A stretch of DNA of 64,000 nt from Psammoneis japonica (Eukaryota). Position 1 is the first letter of the stretch. Each line of letters opens with the position of its first letter. This document shows, one piece after another, positions 59,638 to 64,000 of this stretch. A program made the position numbers and the translations under genes. A model generated the notes under the pieces. That model was given only the letters and a program-made list of their open reading frames with translations, was not told the DNA's origin and ran no database searches. The stretch is from positions 62,001 through 126,000 of the forward strand of contig QPGO01000089.1 in NCBI GenBank assembly GCA_008632985.1, written 5' to 3'.

Positions 59638-62600
59638 CTAGACACTGAAACCTTCAGGATTTGATTCCTCAATTGAACAAATAATAACGAAGGACTCATG
59701 CCATGTAGATTTTTGGCATGAAAGGACAGTTTCAGCACTCGCAGTCCTAGATGTCCATGCTGAAAAAATGACAGGTATAATGAAAATATAGCTCCTCATC
59801 GAACGAGAACTGCGGACACTCCCGACTTCACCTCCTGGAGTCGGCTTGGGAAGTCTACTACTAGCAGGCTTGGAGCCACCTGCCGACTGAACACCGTTCA
59901 ACTGGTTTTCGTCATTTGTGCTGTCGCTGTGACCACCTGAACTTGACGACTTGATGTTTAAAGCTGCGTCTCGCGGCGGACGAGAACTAGTACCATGGCG
60001 GAAGGAATCCCTCTCCTCAGAAAGCTTCTCCTCAAACGAAGGCTTATTCTCAATCTCCAACTTCCCACCAGTGAACAAAGGGTGTTCCAAGACTTCCCTC
60101 ATCGACTGGACGCGTTGGTCAGGGTCATGATGCAAGAGTTTCCTCAACAAGTGACGGGCCACCTCATTCTCCTGGGGTACATGTTTGAGCGCCTTCCTCA
60201 GGCTTCTATCATCCCAAAGACCGACCTTACTAACTTTCGAAGAACTCATGGCTCGCTTGCCTCGGCATGCATACGGGGAGAGTGGGAGACCCGCAATAGC
60301 CTCGTATACAACGACCCCCTATGCCCAAATATCGTACGTTGTGTGGGACGAGATCGAGACTACGCAGGCGGAGACATTCTTCTTACCAATCGCAGCGCGC
60401 TTGTTGTCGACTACGATAGCTTCTGGCGGGTGGTAAAATCCACGATTTGGATCTGTCGGTTCTCCAATCCTGACACTCCCACCGACTCCCAGCAACTTCC
60501 ATCGGCTTCCAAACTTGCCAATATTGTGAGTTCCAAAGTCACCATGAATAAGTCCGTGCTCGTGCATGTGCAGCAGCGAAATACCAATCCTCTTTAGCGC
60601 CTTCTCGGGGAACTTTTTCCCGGACTTGCGAGTGTCCAGCATGAGATTCTCGGCGGTTGTATCAACGCCTTCCATCGTGATGCAGTATCCAGGCTCCGCC
60701 ATAGCCTCCGAGTACGCAGCATGCTGCACTGTGTGGTGGACACTAATAATGGCTGGCACATAGTGCCTCGACAGGTGGTAATCTTTTCGGACTTTCAGTT
60801 CACGTTCAACGACATCAGACCTTGAAGTCAACTTCGCAATAACTTGTTGCCCCTTCTCTTTGCGAATTCGGCGCAGCTTGTCCTCGATACTCTGTTGGGA
60901 CTTAGTGCTAAGCGTAGATCTCATGCTATTCCGAGATACCGCAGAGACCTGAGACGAATCGTCCCAATCTTCCACATAGTCATTGTCCCCGCCGTCGACT
61001 CTGTCATCGTGGAGCACCGTAAAGCCACTGCCTTGCTGCTTGGGTGGTTCGTAGCGCAGCGCATAAAAGATCTGCGTATCGCTCACTGGATTCGTATACG
61101 CCGGTCGTTGATTCACGACTTCCAAAGTATTGAACAGACGGCGCATGACACGAAGCTCATGTTTGCAAACAGGCGAAGCGGCCGTAAGAGCAATCCTACC
61201 ATCGGGACCCTCGACGTGCGCAAGGGCAAGCACCTGGGGCTGCGTACAAGTTTGCATGATTTTCGTTACAACCTGGTGATAGAGGTCGTCGGTGTTCGAG
61301 ACAATGTGGTTCCACGAATAGTGGTGAGGGAGGAGCTGGGCCCGAACCTTTTCCTTAAGGTCGATCGGCATGTCACGCTTCAACAAATTGTGAACAATAA
61401 AGTGAGAATGCTCATTCTCAGTAGCGACCTGAATGGGAAGTAAGCCAGTCTTCCGATCAACGGAAGTTGCAAGCTGTAGAAGGAGAACAAAGAGGCGGCT
61501 AGTGAGAATACGAAGAAGGAAACTCGATCTACATAGGCGACCGTTCCAACACGTACCTCTGGTGCATGATTGAGCAAGCCCATAATCGTCCTGTCGTCTG
61601 CATTGTGCTGGAACGCCAAAAAGAGCGGGCTGTGACCGTCTCCGTTTAGAACTCCAGCACCCTCTGGGAACCGCATGATAATCGTGTTGATCACTGCCGA
61701 TGTGCATTGATTCTTAATTGAAATGTGCAGAGGCAGGTCTCCATTCATATCGGTTCGCGACACCGCCGAAGAAAAGCAAGTCAACAACGTCTTGACCACA
61801 ACCTGATCAACGACTTCGCCACAACGAAGAAGTAGGTGTAGCGGAAGATCGCCGTTTTCGTCAAGCAATGTGAAGAGGAAGGCCTCCACCTGAGTTATTG
61901 GGAGGACGATACACCATCGTATAAGTCTCCTGACGGTTCGCGACACCGCCGAAGAAAAGCAAGTCAGCAACGTCTTGACCACAACCTGATCAACGACTTC
62001 GCCACAACGAAGAAGTAGGTGTAGCGGAAGATCGCCGTTTTCGTCGGTCCTCTTGGCCGACGCAAAGTTCTCCGCAAGAAGAGCCGTGATGACACCGATA
62101 GAAGCATAATTACGACAAGCAATGTGAAGAGGAAGGCCTCCACCTGAGTTATTGGGAGGACGATACACCATCGTATAAGCACCTTCAGGAGACTTTGAGA
62201 GCAAGAACTTAACCGTATCTACGGCGTCAAACTCAGCGGCAACATGAATAGGAAGGCGTCCCTTTTTATCGGTGTCGTTGATTCCCTCCTTGTAGGCACT
62301 GTAGATAATCTCCAAGGCTGCCAAGTTGTCGTGGGCCGAAGCATGGTGGATGGGAAGAGCGCCCATATTATCTCTGTGGATAAGAGCTTTTGGATACAAA
62401 ACGAGCACCATGTCGATTAGAAGAGTCCAAGCCCCGTTGTGTCGCGCAATCATATGAAGCGGTAGTTCTCCGCTCTTGGGTTCAGGGGCCTCTGATAGCT
62501 CTGGATGCTTGTCCAGCACACTCTCAACCATCGCCCAGTTCTCTTCTTGAATGTGATGAAATAGCTCCTGTTGCATATCAGAAGAAACGGCAAGGGCGTC

Positions 62601-64000
62601 CGTAGGAGTAGGAGGGGGCAACGAAGGCGTGATTTCGAGCTGAATCGGTTCGGGCGATTGGAACATTACGACCGGCGATCTGACTTTCTGTTTGACCTCC
62701 TCTTCTTCCACGGCCTTAAGCAAAGCCTCACGTGTCCGACCACCCCGATAGATCGCTTGCATGGCAGTCACTGCCATCACAATATCTTGTTCTGTCATTG
62801 AGTTGGATTCTTGCGCAATGAGCTGCATTCTGTGGTTTCTGTAGGAGCGCTGGATCTTAGTTGCAGCATTCGAACGCGTACTGACAATGCTATCCACAGA
62901 CTTTCGCGCGGAATGCCCTCTCCATAATTTCTGCACCGTAGTCGCGGCACCATCCGTTCTCATCCGGCTCGCCCGCATGGCGGAAAGCTTCATGCGGAGG
63001 ATACTTTGAATCATAATAGCTGCTCCCTTCATCGTGAGGAAGTATGTGCGAACAATCTTGCCTCGAACAATCTTCTGAATCGCACTCGCAGCAAAGAAGA
63101 ATTTGTCCGACCTCAGCGCCTCGATTCTGTCAAACGCTTCACGTCGGAGAAACGCCTTTGTGCGTCCTAGCTGTAGACCAGCGACCGCACAACGGGAAGC
63201 AAAGTCCAGGGACAGAAATTCCTCTTCGGAGGTAGGACGAGCGACATTGTGCCCCTCTGTTTTACCTCCTCTCGAAGTTCTGCCGTTGCTGTCCCTTTTC
63301 TTTCGTTGCTTATCTTCTGGCGTCTTTACTGAACTTTCGACAACCAAGGAAAAGGCAGGACCTCGTGGACCTGTCATTTGCTTCGTTTGCTGATCGGATT
63401 GCCGCTGTTTAGAAGCGATAACGGAATGAAAATGTCAGCGACACGAATCGATTCAACCTATAATTCGAATATTCAAAAGTAACTTACATGAGCATATTTC
63501 GGAGACGACAAGAGAGTTTCTCTACGCTTCTCCTCCATCTCCAGAAGCGCAACAATGTGCTGATGGTCGGCTTCCCACAAATCAAATGCAATTTTCGAAA
63601 TGAGACGCTTGAGCTCGGACACTTGTTCGGTTTTGGACCGTGGCGAAAACATGGGAGACACAGGGCTAGTATCTTCAAAGTCACCAAGGATGTAGTATCG
63701 AGCCATAAACACATCGTGGGCGTATCGTGTTGGGTAGCCTGCACGACTTACACGGACAGCTTCCAGTACACCTCCACAACGAAGCTGTTCGACAATGTTT
63801 TTGGGTTCAAAGTAGTCCGGAACTAACTCATCGTTCGGTTTGAGGCAGCGAATGTAGTAGGGTACGGTAGTGTCAATCCTCGCACGAAGCGTACGCAACT
63901 GCTCGGAGAATTGGGCACCAACAGACTTGGTGGCAATTGTGCCGCGTCCCTCGCGATCTTCTGATCTGACATACTTTTGAATGTCCGAGATGAGGTGAAA
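59638..64000 (-). CDS. Myosin heavy chain with IQ motifs, ankyrin repeats and a kinase-like tail; 5' part beyond the window; in-frame stop at 60319-60321 (possible pseudogene)
   Basis: End of motor domain 'YYIRCLKPND...EQLRCGGVLEAVRVSRAGYPTRY' and 'LQLGRTKAFLR'; IQ motifs IQKIVRG, IQSILR, VQKLWRG; ankyrin GxLPLH repeats; kinase-like 'HGDFGTHNI...YHPPE...YDIWA'. Introns 63487-63405 and 61556-61474. Confidence 0.85.

Overview
This is eukaryotic DNA, most likely from a pennate diatom. The evidence is short GT-AG introns, bipartite plastid-type presequences, CoDi-like Ty1/copia elements and diatom-type myosin and DUF1800/DUF1501 genes. Gene-rich blocks alternate with transposon-derived blocks. 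The genes are a GRK-like kinase, a secreted repeat protein, a 2OG-Fe(II)/TPR protein, GGTase-I beta, RDD, Nudix, ERGIC/PDI-C, two tandem bacterial-type S8 subtilases, a ChaN-like protein and a myosin-ankyrin-kinase. The transposon-derived blocks are a Plavaka-like relic at ~1-5500, a relic at ~30550-34700, an old copia at ~41200-46300, a complete younger copia with LTRs and TSD at 47836-54946, and relics to ~59450. The main unexplained signal is that every repeat-derived block has lost almost all TpA dinucleotides, with sharp borders. Conserved Tyr codons have become His or Cys codons (TAY->CAY/TGY), and the surviving TpA are mostly YTAR. This points to a repeat-targeted A->G hypermutation at 5'-TAY-3' on both strands. 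It resembles RIP in logic but has the opposite chemistry, and it is layered on CpG decay. All counts are by eye and no database searches were run.
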